A stretch of 62,821 nt of DNA, the filler included, from Candidatus Woesearchaeota archaeon (GTDB lineage: Archaea; Nanobdellota; Nanobdellia; Woesearchaeales; CAZJJJ01): the NCBI GenBank assembly GCA_046538795.1. It is 8 parts of 8 records of this genome, joined end to end, with 100 filler letters (N's around TTAATTAATTAA, not from the genome) between each part and the next. Parts side by side here need not be neighbours in the genome. Positions count along the whole stretch, not along the records: positions 27,513 to 45,773 come from JBKHIF010000025.1; 7 more parts are not named here. One strand, written 5' to 3'. Position 1 is the first letter of the stretch, and each line of letters opens with the position of its first letter. The notes below the pieces were generated by a model. The model searched no databases, was not told the origin of the DNA, and worked only from the letters and a program-made list of their open reading frames with translations. A program made the position numbers and the translations under genes. Below are positions 31,306-42,522 of this stretch, one piece after another.

Positions 31306-33171
31306 ATGAAAGAACTGAGTCCTGTGATAGGTGTTGATAAGGATAACTGTGTAAACTGCCATGCCTGCATTGATGCCTGTCCTGTCAAGCACTGTAATGA
31401 TGGTAGCGGCGATACTGTTAAGCTTAATCATAATACCTGCATTGGATGCGGAGAATGCTTAAAGGCCTGTACGCATGACGCGCGGTATGTGATTGATGAC
31501 ATAGAGCATTTCCTTGATGATGTTAAGCATGGAGAAAGAATAGTTGCAATAGCTGCGCCTTCTGTGGCATCCAGCTTTCCAAATAAATATCTTAATCTTA
31601 ACGGCTGGCTTAAGTCAATTGGTGTAGATGCTGTTTTTGATGTTAGTTTTGGAGCTGAACTTACTGTAAAATCATATCTTGAACATGTCAAGGCAAATAA
31701 TCCGAAAATGGTCATAGCTCAGCCATGCCCTGCATTGGTTACTTATATTGAGATGTACAGGCCTGAGCTTTTGCCTTATCTTGCGCCTGCTGACAGTCCT
31801 ATGCTTCATACAATAAAGATGATAAAGAGATTTTATCCTGATTATTCCCGCCACAAGGTTCTTGTCTTGTCTCCGTGTGTCGCAAAAAAAAGGGAATTTG
31901 ATGAGACTGGATATGGTGATTATAATGTTACTTATCATAATCTTAACAAGTACTTTGATCATAACAATATACGTCTTGATCAGTTTCCAAAGGTTGATTA
32001 TGACAATCCTGATGCTGAGCGAGCTGTTCTCTTTTCAAGTCCGGGAGGTCTTTTAAGGACTGCCGAGAGAGAATATCCAGGGATATCTGAAGTCTCGAGA
32101 AAGATTGAAGGGCCTGAACTCATATACAAGTATTTTAATGGTCTTCCTTCTGCTGTAAATTCCGGACGAAATCCTCTTCTTGTAGATTGCCTTAACTGCG
32201 AGATGGGATGCAACGGCGGTACTGGAACAGATTGCAAGGAGATGCATGTGGACGAGATTGAGTCTTTAGTAGAAGAAAGGAGCAAGCAGGTAAGGGGCCG
32301 TTATGGTAAAAAAGGTTTGATTAACCCAAAGAACAGTGTGAAAGAGCTTAGGAAATATATAGATGACCACTGGGAGAAGGGCCTTTATGACAGGAATTAT
32401 GTTGACTTGTCATCCAATGTAAGTATAAAGATGCCGACGCAGTCAGATATACAGAAGATATATAGCGAGGACCTACAAAAAGAATCTGAAAAAGAGGTAT
32501 ATAACTGCGGGGCATGCGGTTATGGATCCTGCGAGGGAATGGCTGTTGCAATATATAATGGCCTTAACAAGGCAGAGAATTGTCTTCATTATAATGAGAA
32601 AGTCATCTCAAAAGACAGGGAGAAGATCGCAAGGGCTAATGAAAAGAATTCAAAGCTTGCGTCTGAGATCGGCGAGACTATAGGAAAGGCAAATGAGATG
32701 CTTGTAAAGAAAGCGACAGATCTTCTTAACATGGCACAGACACAGGAAGCAGAATTTGAGAATTTGGTAAAGGAAACATCAGAGACATCAAAGGTCGCTG
32801 AGAAATTCGTGCCGATTGTTGAAACAATAAATGATATCACAGACCAGACAAGCCTTCTTGCGCTTAACGCGGCAATAGAGGCTGCAAGAGCAGGAGATGT
32901 GGGAAGAGGTTTTGCTGTGGTTGCTGACGAAGTCAAGAAGCTTTCTTCAAGATCCATGGCAGAAACCGAGAAGATAAAGCCGTATTCTGAAGAGATTCAG
33001 GCAGCATTCAACATGATCAATGAAAAGGTTTCGGGAACTTCGAAAAAATATGCAGACACTGCACATCTGATTGAGGAAGTGACTGCAATTACAGAAGAGA
33101 TCTCTGCGCAGACAAAAAAACTATGCACAGAGGCAGATTGCAACAGACCAGACACTTCAGAAGAGAATTGA
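31306..33171 (+). CDS. Sensory [FeFe]-hydrogenase-like protein fused to an MCP signalling domain (group C2-like)
   Basis: N-terminal 2x[4Fe-4S] ([23 protein letters not shown]); H-cluster motifs [26 protein letters not shown]; extra FeS '[10 protein letters not shown]'; MCP tip '[30 protein letters not shown]'; no TM. Confidence 0.88.
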   Translation: MKELSPVIGVDKDNCVNCHACIDACPVKHCNDGSGDTVKLNHNTCIGCGECLKACTHDARYVIDDIEHFLDDVKHGERIVAIAAPSVASSFPNKYLNLNGWLKSIGVDAVFDVSFGAELTVKSYLEHVKANNPKMVIAQPCPALVTYIEMYRPELLPYLAPADSPMLHTIKMIKRFYPDYSRHKVLVLSPCVAKKREFDETGYGDYNVTYHNLNKYFDHNNIRLDQFPKVDYDNPDAERAVLFSSPGGLLRTAEREYPGISEVSRKIEGPELIYKYFNGLPSAVNSGRNPLLVDCLNCEMGCNGGTGTDCKEMHVDEIESLVEERSKQVRGRYGKKGLINPKNSVKELRKYIDDHWEKGLYDRNYVDLSSNVSIKMPTQSDIQKIYSEDLQKESEKEVYNCGACGYGSCEGMAVAIYNGLNKAENCLHYNEKVISKDREKIARANEKNSKLASEIGETIGKANEMLVKKATDLLNMAQTQEAEFENLVKETSETSKVAEKFVPIVETINDITDQTSLLALNAAIEAARAGDVGRGFAVVADEVKKLSSRSMAETEKIKPYSEEIQAAFNMINEKVSGTSKKYADTAHLIEEVTAITEEISAQTKKLCTEADCNRPDTSEEN

Positions 33172-33231
33172 AATTTTTCTTTTTTTTCTTTCATAACCTT
33201 TTTAAATTAATCTTTATTCATTTATTCTAAA

Positions 33232-35394
33232 ATGTCCTCTGAAAATAATAATGGCAGCAAAAATAAGATACTTGTGACAAGCGCGCTTCCTTATGTCAAC
33301 AATGTTCCTCATCTGGGAAATATCATAGGTTGTGTTCTCTCAGCAGATGTCTATGCAAGGTTTGCAAGAAATATGGGTTATGATACTTTGTTTGTATGCG
33401 GGACCGATGAGCATGGAACTACTTCTGAATCAAAGGCAATGGAAGAAGGTGTAGCTCCTAAAGAGATCTGTGACAAGTATTACAAGATTCACAAGAAGAT
33501 ATATGAGTGGTTTAAGTGCAGTTTTGATGCTTTTGGGCGTACTTCTGACAAGGCTAATCATGAGACTGCCCAGGACATATTCCTCAAACTTAAAGATAAT
33601 GGTTATATTCTGGAAGATGAGATTGAACAGATGTATTCTGAAAAAAGCAAGATGTTTCTCGCTGATCGGTTTGTCGAAGGAAAATGTCCTAAATGCGGAT
33701 TTGAAAAGGCAAGAGGAGATCAGTGCGACAACTGCGGAACCATGCTTAATCCAACTGATCTTATAGATCCTGTTTCAAAGGTTGACGGTACAAAGCCTGT
33801 AATAAAGAAAGTGAAGCACCTTTTCATGGATCTTCCAAAAATTGCTCCTGAACTTAAGAACTGGATTGATTCCAGAAATAAGAATTGGTCTGAAAATGCA
33901 AGAAAGATGACATCTGCATGGTTAAGAGATGGACTTAAGCCAAGATGTATAACAAGGGATCTTAAATGGGGAGTCAAGGTTCCTATGGAAGGTTATACTG
34001 ACAAGGTTTTCTATTCCTGGTTTGATGCGCCGATAGGATATATTGGTATTGCAAAAGCAGCATTTGATGATTGGAATGAGTGGTGGAAAGATGATGAAAA
34101 TGTGCGCCTGATACAGTTCATGGGAAAAGACAACATCCCTTTCCATACGATAATGTTCCCTTCTTTTCTTATAGGGGCAAAAGATGATTATACCTTGCTT
34201 TACAATATTTCATCTACTGAGTATCTTAACTATGAGACAGGAAAGTTCTCAAAGAGCAATAATACTGGTGTTTTTGGGGATGATGCCATGAACACAGGAA
34301 TACCTGTTGATGTGTGGAGGTATTACTTGCTTGCAAATCGTCCTGAGACTTCAGATACTGAATTTTCATGGAAGGATTTTCAGGAGAGGAACAATTCAGA
34401 GCTTCTTGCTAACTTAGGAAATTTTGTAAACAGGACTCTTACTTTTTCATCAAAGAATTTTGATCTGGGCGTTCCTGAATCAGGGCTGGATGCCAAGGGA
34501 AGGGAATTTATGGACAAGATAGAAAAAGAGATCAGGATATATGAGAACATGATGGAAAAGATACAGCTCAGGGATGGCATAAAACAAGTTATGCACATAT
34601 CCAGATTGGGTAATCAGTTTTTTCAGGAGCAGGAACCTTGGAAGATGGTAAAGGAAAATAAGGAAGTATGCGCAGCTTCAATTTATGCGTGCTGCGAACT
34701 TGTAAGAAAGCTTGCTATAATTGTTGAACCATATCTTCCTGAGACAAGCAAAGAAATCTTTTCACAGCTTGGGATGGATGGCCAGAATATGGATTCTATC
34801 CTTAAGATGATAGGGCCTGGACATAAGTTTGGATCAGTAAAACCTATCTTCAGGAAGCTTGAAGATTCTGAGATAAAGAGTTTCCAGGATAAATTTTCAG
34901 GAAAAAGGGAAGAGAAACAGGAAGATCACTCAGATCTTTCGCTTCCGAATCTGAAAGTTGCAGAAATACTTTCTGTAGAGGATCACCCTGATGCAGACAA
35001 ATTGTTTGTCATGCAGATCAATTTAGGGGCCGAGAAAAGACAGCTTGTCGCAGGACTCAGGGCATATTATTCTAAAGAAGAGCTTTTAGGAAAACATATT
35101 GTTGTTGTAAGCAACCTTAAGCCTGCAAAATTAAGGGGGAAGGAAAGCCAGGGAATGCTTCTTGCAGCTGATAAAAAAGATATTGTAAAAGTCCTTGAAG
35201 CCCCTCAGTCTGAACCAGGAACACAAGTGTATTTTGAAGGCGTTACTCCATCAGAAAAGCAGATAACTATCGATGATTTTTTTACGATAAAGATCAAGAT
35301 AAAAGACAAGAAAGCACAGGCTGAAGGAAAGTTCCTTAAGACTGATTCAGAATTTGTTTCTGTTGACATAGCTGATGGTGCCAAGGTCAGGTAG
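33232..35394 (+). CDS. metG: Methionyl-tRNA synthetase with C-terminal tRNA-binding OB domain
   Basis: 'TSALPYVNNVPHLGN', Zn knuckles, 'WFDAPIGY', 'KFSKS', C-terminal 'HPDADKL..NLKPAKLRGKESQGMLLAA'. Confidence 0.97.
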   Translation: MSSENNNGSKNKILVTSALPYVNNVPHLGNIIGCVLSADVYARFARNMGYDTLFVCGTDEHGTTSESKAMEEGVAPKEICDKYYKIHKKIYEWFKCSFDAFGRTSDKANHETAQDIFLKLKDNGYILEDEIEQMYSEKSKMFLADRFVEGKCPKCGFEKARGDQCDNCGTMLNPTDLIDPVSKVDGTKPVIKKVKHLFMDLPKIAPELKNWIDSRNKNWSENARKMTSAWLRDGLKPRCITRDLKWGVKVPMEGYTDKVFYSWFDAPIGYIGIAKAAFDDWNEWWKDDENVRLIQFMGKDNIPFHTIMFPSFLIGAKDDYTLLYNISSTEYLNYETGKFSKSNNTGVFGDDAMNTGIPVDVWRYYLLANRPETSDTEFSWKDFQERNNSELLANLGNFVNRTLTFSSKNFDLGVPESGLDAKGREFMDKIEKEIRIYENMMEKIQLRDGIKQVMHISRLGNQFFQEQEPWKMVKENKEVCAASIYACCELVRKLAIIVEPYLPETSKEIFSQLGMDGQNMDSILKMIGPGHKFGSVKPIFRKLEDSEIKSFQDKFSGKREEKQEDHSDLSLPNLKVAEILSVEDHPDADKLFVMQINLGAEKRQLVAGLRAYYSKEELLGKHIVVVSNLKPAKLRGKESQGMLLAADKKDIVKVLEAPQSEPGTQVYFEGVTPSEKQITIDDFFTIKIKIKDKKAQAEGKFLKTDSEFVSVDIADGAKVR

Positions 35395-35438
35395 GGTTGT
35401 ATGTTAATTATTTAAACCTCTTTGCATTTCTTTTTTTA

Positions 35439-35780
35439 ATGGATCCTAAAATAGTTTCGGATATTTCAGATATTGCAGCAGATATTCTTGTTGTAGGAAC
35501 AAGGAACCAGATTGATTTTCTTAAGAGATATCAAGGTCTGATGACAGGTGAATCTGATCCTGACATAAGATATGTTTCTGATTATACTGATCTTTTATTT
35601 GAAGCAACCAGGCTGGAAAAACCAAACAAAGTAGTTTACACAGGAAATATTGAGATAGACTACAGCAAGATAAGATTTGATTCTTGTTTTGAAAATTATG
35701 TCATGAAATATGTCTTTGATTTCATGGGCATCCCTGAATCTGAAAGGCACAGGATTGAATTTAAGGAACATTTCAGGTAA
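35439..35780 (+). CDS. Hypothetical protein
   Basis: ORF with TTTAAA box about 25 nt upstream of ATG 35439. Confidence 0.5.
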   Translation: MDPKIVSDISDIAADILVVGTRNQIDFLKRYQGLMTGESDPDIRYVSDYTDLLFEATRLEKPNKVVYTGNIEIDYSKIRFDSCFENYVMKYVFDFMGIPESERHRIEFKEHFR

Positions 35781-35991
35781 ATTTAATTTGAAAAATTAAG
35801 AGATTCTATTGATTATTTTTTAAAACTTTAAAACAAACTTAATCAGATAGCAGAGTCTTTTTTCTGAATTTTCTTGCTGCTTTTTTCACTTGGTTCAAAT
35901 CGTAAGCTTTTTATATGAGAATCCTAATAAATTCTCTTAGGTGTTTTTTAGTTTTGTGGGGAAATATATTTTGCACAAGGGAAAACGGGTT

Positions 35992-38217
35992 ATGAAGAGA
36001 AAGGCTCAGGTAACTATTTTTATATTAATAGGGCTCGCTATCCTGGTAATAGCAGGAGCAGGTATTCTTGTCGCTAATTTTTCTAAGGATGCTTTGGTTA
36101 ATCCTGATGGAGAGGGCGAGATAATAACAGAAAGAGTTGCAAGTGAATTTACTCCTGTACAGTCTTATGTTGATTCTTGTCTTGAAACAGTTGGTGAAGA
36201 GGCAGTAAGAAAACTTGGCCAGCAGGGCGGGTATGTTTATTCAGATCTTCTTTCTGCTGATTCTTATGCTCCTACTGAACGTCCTTCTGATTCGTTGGTT
36301 TTTTTTCCAGGAGATGATTCCTATAAGATCGCATACTGGCATTACATGGATTCCTCAAACTCCTGTGATGATTCAGGTTCCTGCAGTTTCTCTAGCATGA
36401 GGCCTGAACTTATTGGAACCTATGAGACAAGCATTGAAGCTCAGCTTGAAAAGTATGTCTCTGAAAATATCGAGGATTGTCTTGCTGATTTTGTTTCTAT
36501 GAAACAGGCTGGTTTTGATTTTGAGATTAACGATGAGCCATCTGCTGATGTGACCATTGCATCTGACGATGTTGTTGTCCAGCTTGAATATCCGATAAAT
36601 GTAAAGAAAAGCAATCTTGAGGAAGACATGCAGCACTTCTTTGTAAGGCTTCCTGTAAATCTCAAAGGAATATACGAATTCTCAAGGACTCTCGCAGAAG
36701 GAGAGAAGCATGCAAAATATCTTGAAAGGCAGAGCCTTAATCTGGTGAGCATTTTTTCGGGAACTACAGATGATTCTGTCCTTCCTCCCATGTCTGATAT
36801 GACTGTCTTAAGTTCAGAAGAAGAACAGATCTGGACGCAGACTGCGGTAAAGAGGCGGATTCAGGACATACTTACAAGCTATGTTCCTTTCACGCAGGTC
36901 ATAGGTACAAGAAATTTTGAAGAGATTGAGGTTGAAAATGAGATTGCAGAAAGGATGTTTAAGATGATGAATATCTATATCCCTGATGCAGAAGATAATT
37001 CCTTAAGCAGTTTTGAGGTTGGTGATTATTCTGTTGATTTTGATTACAAGAGCTGGTGGGATCCTTATGTAAAGCTTGGTAATTCTGAGATTCTTAGGCC
37101 AAGTGGAATCCTTCCAAGCAATGATTTTCCAATGTTGTCCTCGCTTACCAGCAAGCTTGGCGTAAAGCAGTATAAGTTTGCTTATGATATGTCTTATCCT
37201 GTTCTTGTTAAAATTTTTGATCATAATGCTTTTAACGGAGATGGTTATTCTTTCTATATAGCTCTTGAATCTAATGTGCGAAATAATTTCCCTGTGAATG
37301 GTTCTGAAAACACGCTTACTGGTTCTGTTGTCTCAAGCATGCTTTGCAACAACAACCAAAAAGTTTCAGGAGATATAACTTTCAATGTCATGAAAGAAGA
37401 TGGAAGCTATGCTTCGGGTGTTGATGTGAGTTATGAGTGCGGTTCTTACAGCTGTCATCTTGGAACTACGGAAAATGGTCCTTTTACTACGAAATTTCCT
37501 CTTTGCGTAGGCGGCCGCGTCGCATTTAAATCAAGCGAATATGCAGACAGATATTATAACTTAAGCATAAGCGAGGGAGATACATATGATCTTGATGTTT
37601 CCTTGCAGCATTACAGAACCAAGAATGTTGATTTCAGGGTTCATATGTTCAGGAAGACTGGTGATGTTTGGAGTTTTGATGAGGATGCAAGAGAGCTTGT
37701 GCCTACAGAAGTTGTTGTCCTTTCTTTTGAGAGGCAAGGAGAAAATTTTGATGATTCCTTGAATTTCGCTGTTGTTGCAAGAGGCGATGATCCTGAGCCT
37801 GCAACAGTCGAGCTTGTACCTGGAAGATATAATGTTTACGGAACCCTTATGCTTGAGTTCCCTGCTGCTGCTGTTCCTGGTGTCATGCCTGCGCTTGACA
37901 GGGTTTATATCGAAGGGAAGACAATGAGTGTACCTTCAGGATTCCTTGGACTTGGCCGTGAAGAGGTCGAGCTTGAGCCTATTGAGTTTGAAGATGCATT
38001 CCCTGAAGGGGGCGTATATCTTGATGATGAACATGCAGGTGCCTGGGAGGTCAGCGCAACAGAACTTGACAATTATGATACTATAATATTCAAGCTAATA
38101 GCTTCGCCAGGAGCGCCTCTTGATTCTCTTGAGCATGAGGATCTTGAGGAGATGGGAAAGATCGAATATTATTCAGTTCAGTATGGATATCCATGGCTTC
38201 GGCCGACGTATGAATGA
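35992..38217 (+). CDS. Large surface protein with class III (type IV pilin-like) signal peptide
   Basis: MKRKA/QVTIFILIGLAILVIAG; acidic Cys-containing extracellular body; paralog of 43362-45311. Confidence 0.8.
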   Translation: MKRKAQVTIFILIGLAILVIAGAGILVANFSKDALVNPDGEGEIITERVASEFTPVQSYVDSCLETVGEEAVRKLGQQGGYVYSDLLSADSYAPTERPSDSLVFFPGDDSYKIAYWHYMDSSNSCDDSGSCSFSSMRPELIGTYETSIEAQLEKYVSENIEDCLADFVSMKQAGFDFEINDEPSADVTIASDDVVVQLEYPINVKKSNLEEDMQHFFVRLPVNLKGIYEFSRTLAEGEKHAKYLERQSLNLVSIFSGTTDDSVLPPMSDMTVLSSEEEQIWTQTAVKRRIQDILTSYVPFTQVIGTRNFEEIEVENEIAERMFKMMNIYIPDAEDNSLSSFEVGDYSVDFDYKSWWDPYVKLGNSEILRPSGILPSNDFPMLSSLTSKLGVKQYKFAYDMSYPVLVKIFDHNAFNGDGYSFYIALESNVRNNFPVNGSENTLTGSVVSSMLCNNNQKVSGDITFNVMKEDGSYASGVDVSYECGSYSCHLGTTENGPFTTKFPLCVGGRVAFKSSEYADRYYNLSISEGDTYDLDVSLQHYRTKNVDFRVHMFRKTGDVWSFDEDARELVPTEVVVLSFERQGENFDDSLNFAVVARGDDPEPATVELVPGRYNVYGTLMLEFPAAAVPGVMPALDRVYIEGKTMSVPSGFLGLGREEVELEPIEFEDAFPEGGVYLDDEHAGAWEVSATELDNYDTIIFKLIASPGAPLDSLEHEDLEEMGKIEYYSVQYGYPWLRPTYE

Positions 38218-41200
38218 TGAAAATGAGAAAAATATACTCAGGATTTGTATTTATGGTCATAATGCTTATTGTATTTATGCCTGTGTCTTTTGCATACAGC
38301 ATAGGTTCAGTATATGTCTATGGTGAAAACGGCATAGAGGGTTATAGGAAAGGCACAGATTATACTGAGTTTAGCATTGAAATTTTAAAGGATTCCGGAG
38401 AAGAGGATGTAACTATTGATCAGTTGGAGTTTGAAACCGGTCTTGCGTTTAACGGAGAATGCACTGTGACTGCTGATGGTATTTTCTGCACTCACAGGAC
38501 TCCTTCGCAGCGTCTTGAAGAAGATGAACTGGATTATTCTATTATATTGAAAAACAAGCATGGAAGCCCTGTTGATTATCAGGATGCAAAGATTGTAATT
38601 GATTCAGAAGGTCCTTATGTTAAGACTGCAACAGTTGTTCAGAAAGAGAATACAGGAGAGGTCCTTATTGATTTGGTTGCAGTTGATGATGCATATGCTG
38701 ATTCAAATGAAGAAGGGATTTGCGGCGGGCTTAAGGAAGTTAAAGTTGAGGAATCAGGAAATGTGCTTTTCCAAAAAAATGATTTTAGCGACAATGTCTG
38801 CGTGTTTGAACTTGATAATCATGAGCTTTCTGTAACAGGTTCAGGGACAAAGACTTTTGTGATAACCCTGACTGACAGGTTCGGCAGGACAAAGGCTTCT
38901 GCAAGGACCATTAATGTAGATAAGGCAGAGCCTTCTTATGATGATCTTTACATATATCGTGGAGATGATGATCTTTCGTATGTACTTCCGGATACATCTT
39001 ATACAGTTGATGCTGAACTGGTTTTTGTGTCTTCTGATCCTATTTACGTTGATGCGAGTTTTAATGATTTCAATCAATACAGTCCTCAGCAGGAAAAGAC
39101 AGGATCGTGTACACCTGCTCTTGGAGACAGATATGTGTGCAGATTCTCAGATATCTCTTTGAATGTCGCATCAAGCAGGACAGTGCATATTGAGTTTACT
39201 GCAACAGATAGTTTTGGAAATGTGCTTTCACATTCAGATACTTACCAGATAACAGCAGACGGAACAGGTCCTATGCTTTCTGATTTTACAACAGTTCCCC
39301 TGGTAGAAGATTCAAAAGGAGATCTGTATGTGGGTTCAAAAGCATCATTTTGGATCTACTTCATGGAAGATGGAGCAGGGGTTTCTCCTGATGATGTTTT
39401 TCTTATAGCTGATGCATTTACAGGAAACCTGGCAGACGCAAAGGTTTCTGCGACTGAATGCAACGATGACTATTGCTACTGGAACTTAACTTCAAGACCT
39501 GATCTTGAATCTGCCCAGGTAAGCATACATGCCGATTCAGAGGATGTCTTGGGTAATTATTTTGAATCTCCTCAGGATTTTTCAAGAAGCTTGATTGTAA
39601 ACGGAGATCTTGATTTTCCTGTCCTTGAAGGAGATATCGAGGTTTCTATGGACGGAGAAAGCCTTGATTATTACATGGTCGGCGATGAGATAACAATAAC
39701 TGCAGCTTTTTCAGATTCTGGTGTCGGTGTTGATAAGGATAATGTATGGGCTAATCTTTCTCTTCTGCTTCCTTCTGTGGAGGGTCTTCATCAGGGAGTT
39801 TGCGAGGATGGAGAAAGCGAAAGTCAGGTAATCTGCACATGGGATGTTGGTCCTTTAGAAGATATAATAGGAGATACTGAACGTCCTGGAATTGAGTCTT
39901 TTGATCTTATCGCTTATGATCTTGTCGGAAATTATTTAGTTGAAGAAGGACCTGAAGTTACAGTTTACTTGAGAGGAGAATCTGATATTGATGACTGGAA
40001 AAGAGTCATTATTGCAGATGGAGATTATCTTTTTGACAGGCAGATACTTGCCATGATGGGTTACAGCCAGGATATTCCTTTGATTATTGCTGATAGGGAA
40101 TGCGTCAATGATTATGAAAATGAAATTGGTTCTGATTATGGGTGCGGTTCCAGGATGGATAATCTTGAACTTGTAGATTCATGGTTTGTTGATGATTCTT
40201 GCAAGGTTGTAGATACAAGCGATAATGATGGTTCTGAAAATGTTGATCAGGGTTATGTAAATCTGTTCGAGGATGATCCTGACAGCAGATATAACAGTGC
40301 GCCTGTATATATTCAGTCTCCGGGCGATGACAGGCTTGGATTTGCAGAGGTTGCATTCAAGAAAAGCGATGTTCCAAATGAGGTTGACTGGATTGTTTAC
40401 AACTGCACGCTGGAACTAAGGAGTCATAAGAGAGGAAGGCTTTATTCAGAGAAGGAAAGCGTTATATTTAATGTAAGTTTTATTGCAAGCCGGTTTGGAA
40501 CTGTTGAAGATGCTGCTGAAGCAGAACTTGCCAATGCAAGGGAGCGGGCAGGAGGAGCTGTTATGGGTTTTATAGATTCTGCTGCATCTTTCATAGAAGG
40601 CATTCAAAGTCTTTGCAGCATCTACAGCAGCATATCAAACTTCTTGCTTATATTTGGAGCTATAAGGGATATGATTCATGGAGGTCCATTTGTTGAAGCA
40701 TTGGGCCAATCATTTGGCGCAGGGCTTGAAGCGACCAAGGGGCCTTTTCTTAGTACTCTTGACCAGTATGTCATACCTGTTTGCAGGTTTGTAAACTGCG
40801 AACACTGCCAAAGCGACAGCGATTCAAGCTGGATGGGAACATCATCAAGAGCCAATCTTGTTGAGCTTGATGAAAATTCTTGTGAAGATGCTGGCTTTTT
40901 TACGCAGACATTTGATGATGATCCTGAATTTGATCTTTGCAAGGCAGTAAGAGGGCCACTGTGCCAGATGACTGTAGGGGCATCTACTTCAGAAGGACTG
41001 GATAATTTTGCTCAAGGCACTGCGGACGCTCTTAATATAGATACCTCTGTTGATCCGAAAACGAGTTTTGGATTAAGCCTTCTTACTTTATGCATACCTG
41101 GAATACTTTCAGGAGTCAAGAATATGAGGCATATTGAATGCAAATATATAAGATGTCTTGAAAGCGGAGAGAATCCATATCTTTGCAAGGCCCAGAAAAG

Positions 41201-41552
41201 CAGCCAGGTCTGTTACTGGTGGGGAGAAGGATTATCATTTCTCCTGTATATGTGGGGGCCTACAAAAATCATGAAAGTTTTTCAGGAAGCTATTGAAGAT
41301 GTAATGATGAATCCTATAAGATCAGGACTTGGAATATTATTCAAGACCCTGTGCGGCGGACCTTGTGTTATGGGTACTGGCTGCGGAGAATGCGTAGTTG
41401 TCCAATTGGGAACAACTTTTTTGAATGCTCTTAATTCAGTTTGGAATCTTGTAGAAAATTGGGAGGATGACATGCTTACTTCATGGACAGAAAGTCCCTG
41501 CGACGGACTTTTTGATGAAGAAGAAGATGCAGAAAATCCCGAAGCTGATTGA
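38214..41552 (+). CDS. Very large secreted acidic protein with Ig-like repeats and Cys-rich helical C-terminus
   Basis: Sec signal peptide; recurrent 'D..GN/D..GP' beta-sandwich motifs; many Cys in the last ~320 aa ('CIPGIL..CKYIRCL..C..C.YWWG'). Confidence 0.8.
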   Translation: MMKMRKIYSGFVFMVIMLIVFMPVSFAYSIGSVYVYGENGIEGYRKGTDYTEFSIEILKDSGEEDVTIDQLEFETGLAFNGECTVTADGIFCTHRTPSQRLEEDELDYSIILKNKHGSPVDYQDAKIVIDSEGPYVKTATVVQKENTGEVLIDLVAVDDAYADSNEEGICGGLKEVKVEESGNVLFQKNDFSDNVCVFELDNHELSVTGSGTKTFVITLTDRFGRTKASARTINVDKAEPSYDDLYIYRGDDDLSYVLPDTSYTVDAELVFVSSDPIYVDASFNDFNQYSPQQEKTGSCTPALGDRYVCRFSDISLNVASSRTVHIEFTATDSFGNVLSHSDTYQITADGTGPMLSDFTTVPLVEDSKGDLYVGSKASFWIYFMEDGAGVSPDDVFLIADAFTGNLADAKVSATECNDDYCYWNLTSRPDLESAQVSIHADSEDVLGNYFESPQDFSRSLIVNGDLDFPVLEGDIEVSMDGESLDYYMVGDEITITAAFSDSGVGVDKDNVWANLSLLLPSVEGLHQGVCEDGESESQVICTWDVGPLEDIIGDTERPGIESFDLIAYDLVGNYLVEEGPEVTVYLRGESDIDDWKRVIIADGDYLFDRQILAMMGYSQDIPLIIADRECVNDYENEIGSDYGCGSRMDNLELVDSWFVDDSCKVVDTSDNDGSENVDQGYVNLFEDDPDSRYNSAPVYIQSPGDDRLGFAEVAFKKSDVPNEVDWIVYNCTLELRSHKRGRLYSEKESVIFNVSFIASRFGTVEDAAEAELANARERAGGAVMGFIDSAASFIEGIQSLCSIYSSISNFLLIFGAIRDMIHGGPFVEALGQSFGAGLEATKGPFLSTLDQYVIPVCRFVNCEHCQSDSDSSWMGTSSRANLVELDENSCEDAGFFTQTFDDDPEFDLCKAVRGPLCQMTVGASTSEGLDNFAQGTADALNIDTSVDPKTSFGLSLLTLCIPGILSGVKNMRHIECKYIRCLESGENPYLCKAQKSSQVCYWWGEGLSFLLYMWGPTKIMKVFQEAIEDVMMNPIRSGLGILFKTLCGGPCVMGTGCGECVVVQLGTTFLNALNSVWNLVENWEDDMLTSWTESPCDGLFDEEEDAENPEAD

Positions 41553-41577
41553 TAAATCAGACGTTGATGTGATCAGA

Positions 41578-42504
41578 ATGAAAAAAATAAGAAAAAACAT
41601 GATCTTTTTTGGAGTATTTTTTTTAATTGCAGTCTTTGCTATGTCAAGAATATTTGGTGTTGGCGCAGCTCCTGTCTATGAAGATACGACAGATCCTGCT
41701 GATGATCTCATGGATCTTGCAATAACTCTTTTCTCTCTTGCAGACGATGAAGATAATGTTGCCGGAAGCTGGGATGCAGAATGGGAAAATTTCATGGGAA
41801 AAATCCTTAATGATGATGTTACCAAGTGGATACTTAGGACAGATGAGGCTTTGGAAGAAACAATATGCACTTCGCAATGGTTTGGTCTTGATATCAATTC
41901 TGACGGCTCTGCCATGGGTGTGACAAGCGCAAGCGGCGCATCTTTTAATATCAATTCTGAATATGTTAATGTATCAACATCAGAAAATGAAGAATATATT
42001 CATAAGGTTGCATGGTTTGTGCAGGTTCCCGGAGGAGATAGCAGCAGGTACTGGAAATTCAAGATATATTTCTGGGATGAAGAGACCGGTGATAAAGTAA
42101 GTCTTTACTCTCATGAGGATTCTGGGGATGATTATATACACAAGGTTAATTTCGGATCAGGCATATATGATTTCAGAGGGGCTCCTGATGATGAAGATGA
42201 CAATACTTTCCTGTATGTAAAAATAAAGCCAAGACTTTATGAGAAAGTTTGTTTCAGGTTCTATGATGACGATACCTATGCTATGCATCCATCATTAGAC
42301 ATATCCGGATTTGGCATTGGAGACGGCACATGGTGTGTTCCTGTTGTTTCTGTGGCTGAACCTGAAGATGAAAGGCTTAAAAAAAGATTCAAGCTTGATG
42401 AGAAAGAAAGATGGATGGGCTGGGGAGCTTATATAGATGATGATTCCGGCGATGATGATGATGATGATTCCAACGATGATGAAGATGATTTCCAGGCAGT
42501 ATGA
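41578..42504 (+). CDS. Secreted acidic protein with poly-Asp tail
   Basis: MKKIRKN + hydrophobic signal; probable start 41578; ends DDDSGDDDDDDSNDDEDDFQAV. Confidence 0.7.
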   Translation: MKKIRKNMIFFGVFFLIAVFAMSRIFGVGAAPVYEDTTDPADDLMDLAITLFSLADDEDNVAGSWDAEWENFMGKILNDDVTKWILRTDEALEETICTSQWFGLDINSDGSAMGVTSASGASFNINSEYVNVSTSENEEYIHKVAWFVQVPGGDSSRYWKFKIYFWDEETGDKVSLYSHEDSGDDYIHKVNFGSGIYDFRGAPDDEDDNTFLYVKIKPRLYEKVCFRFYDDDTYAMHPSLDISGFGIGDGTWCVPVVSVAEPEDERLKKRFKLDEKERWMGWGAYIDDDSGDDDDDDSNDDEDDFQAV

Positions 42505-42522
42505 TTTTAGATAAGTGATAAT

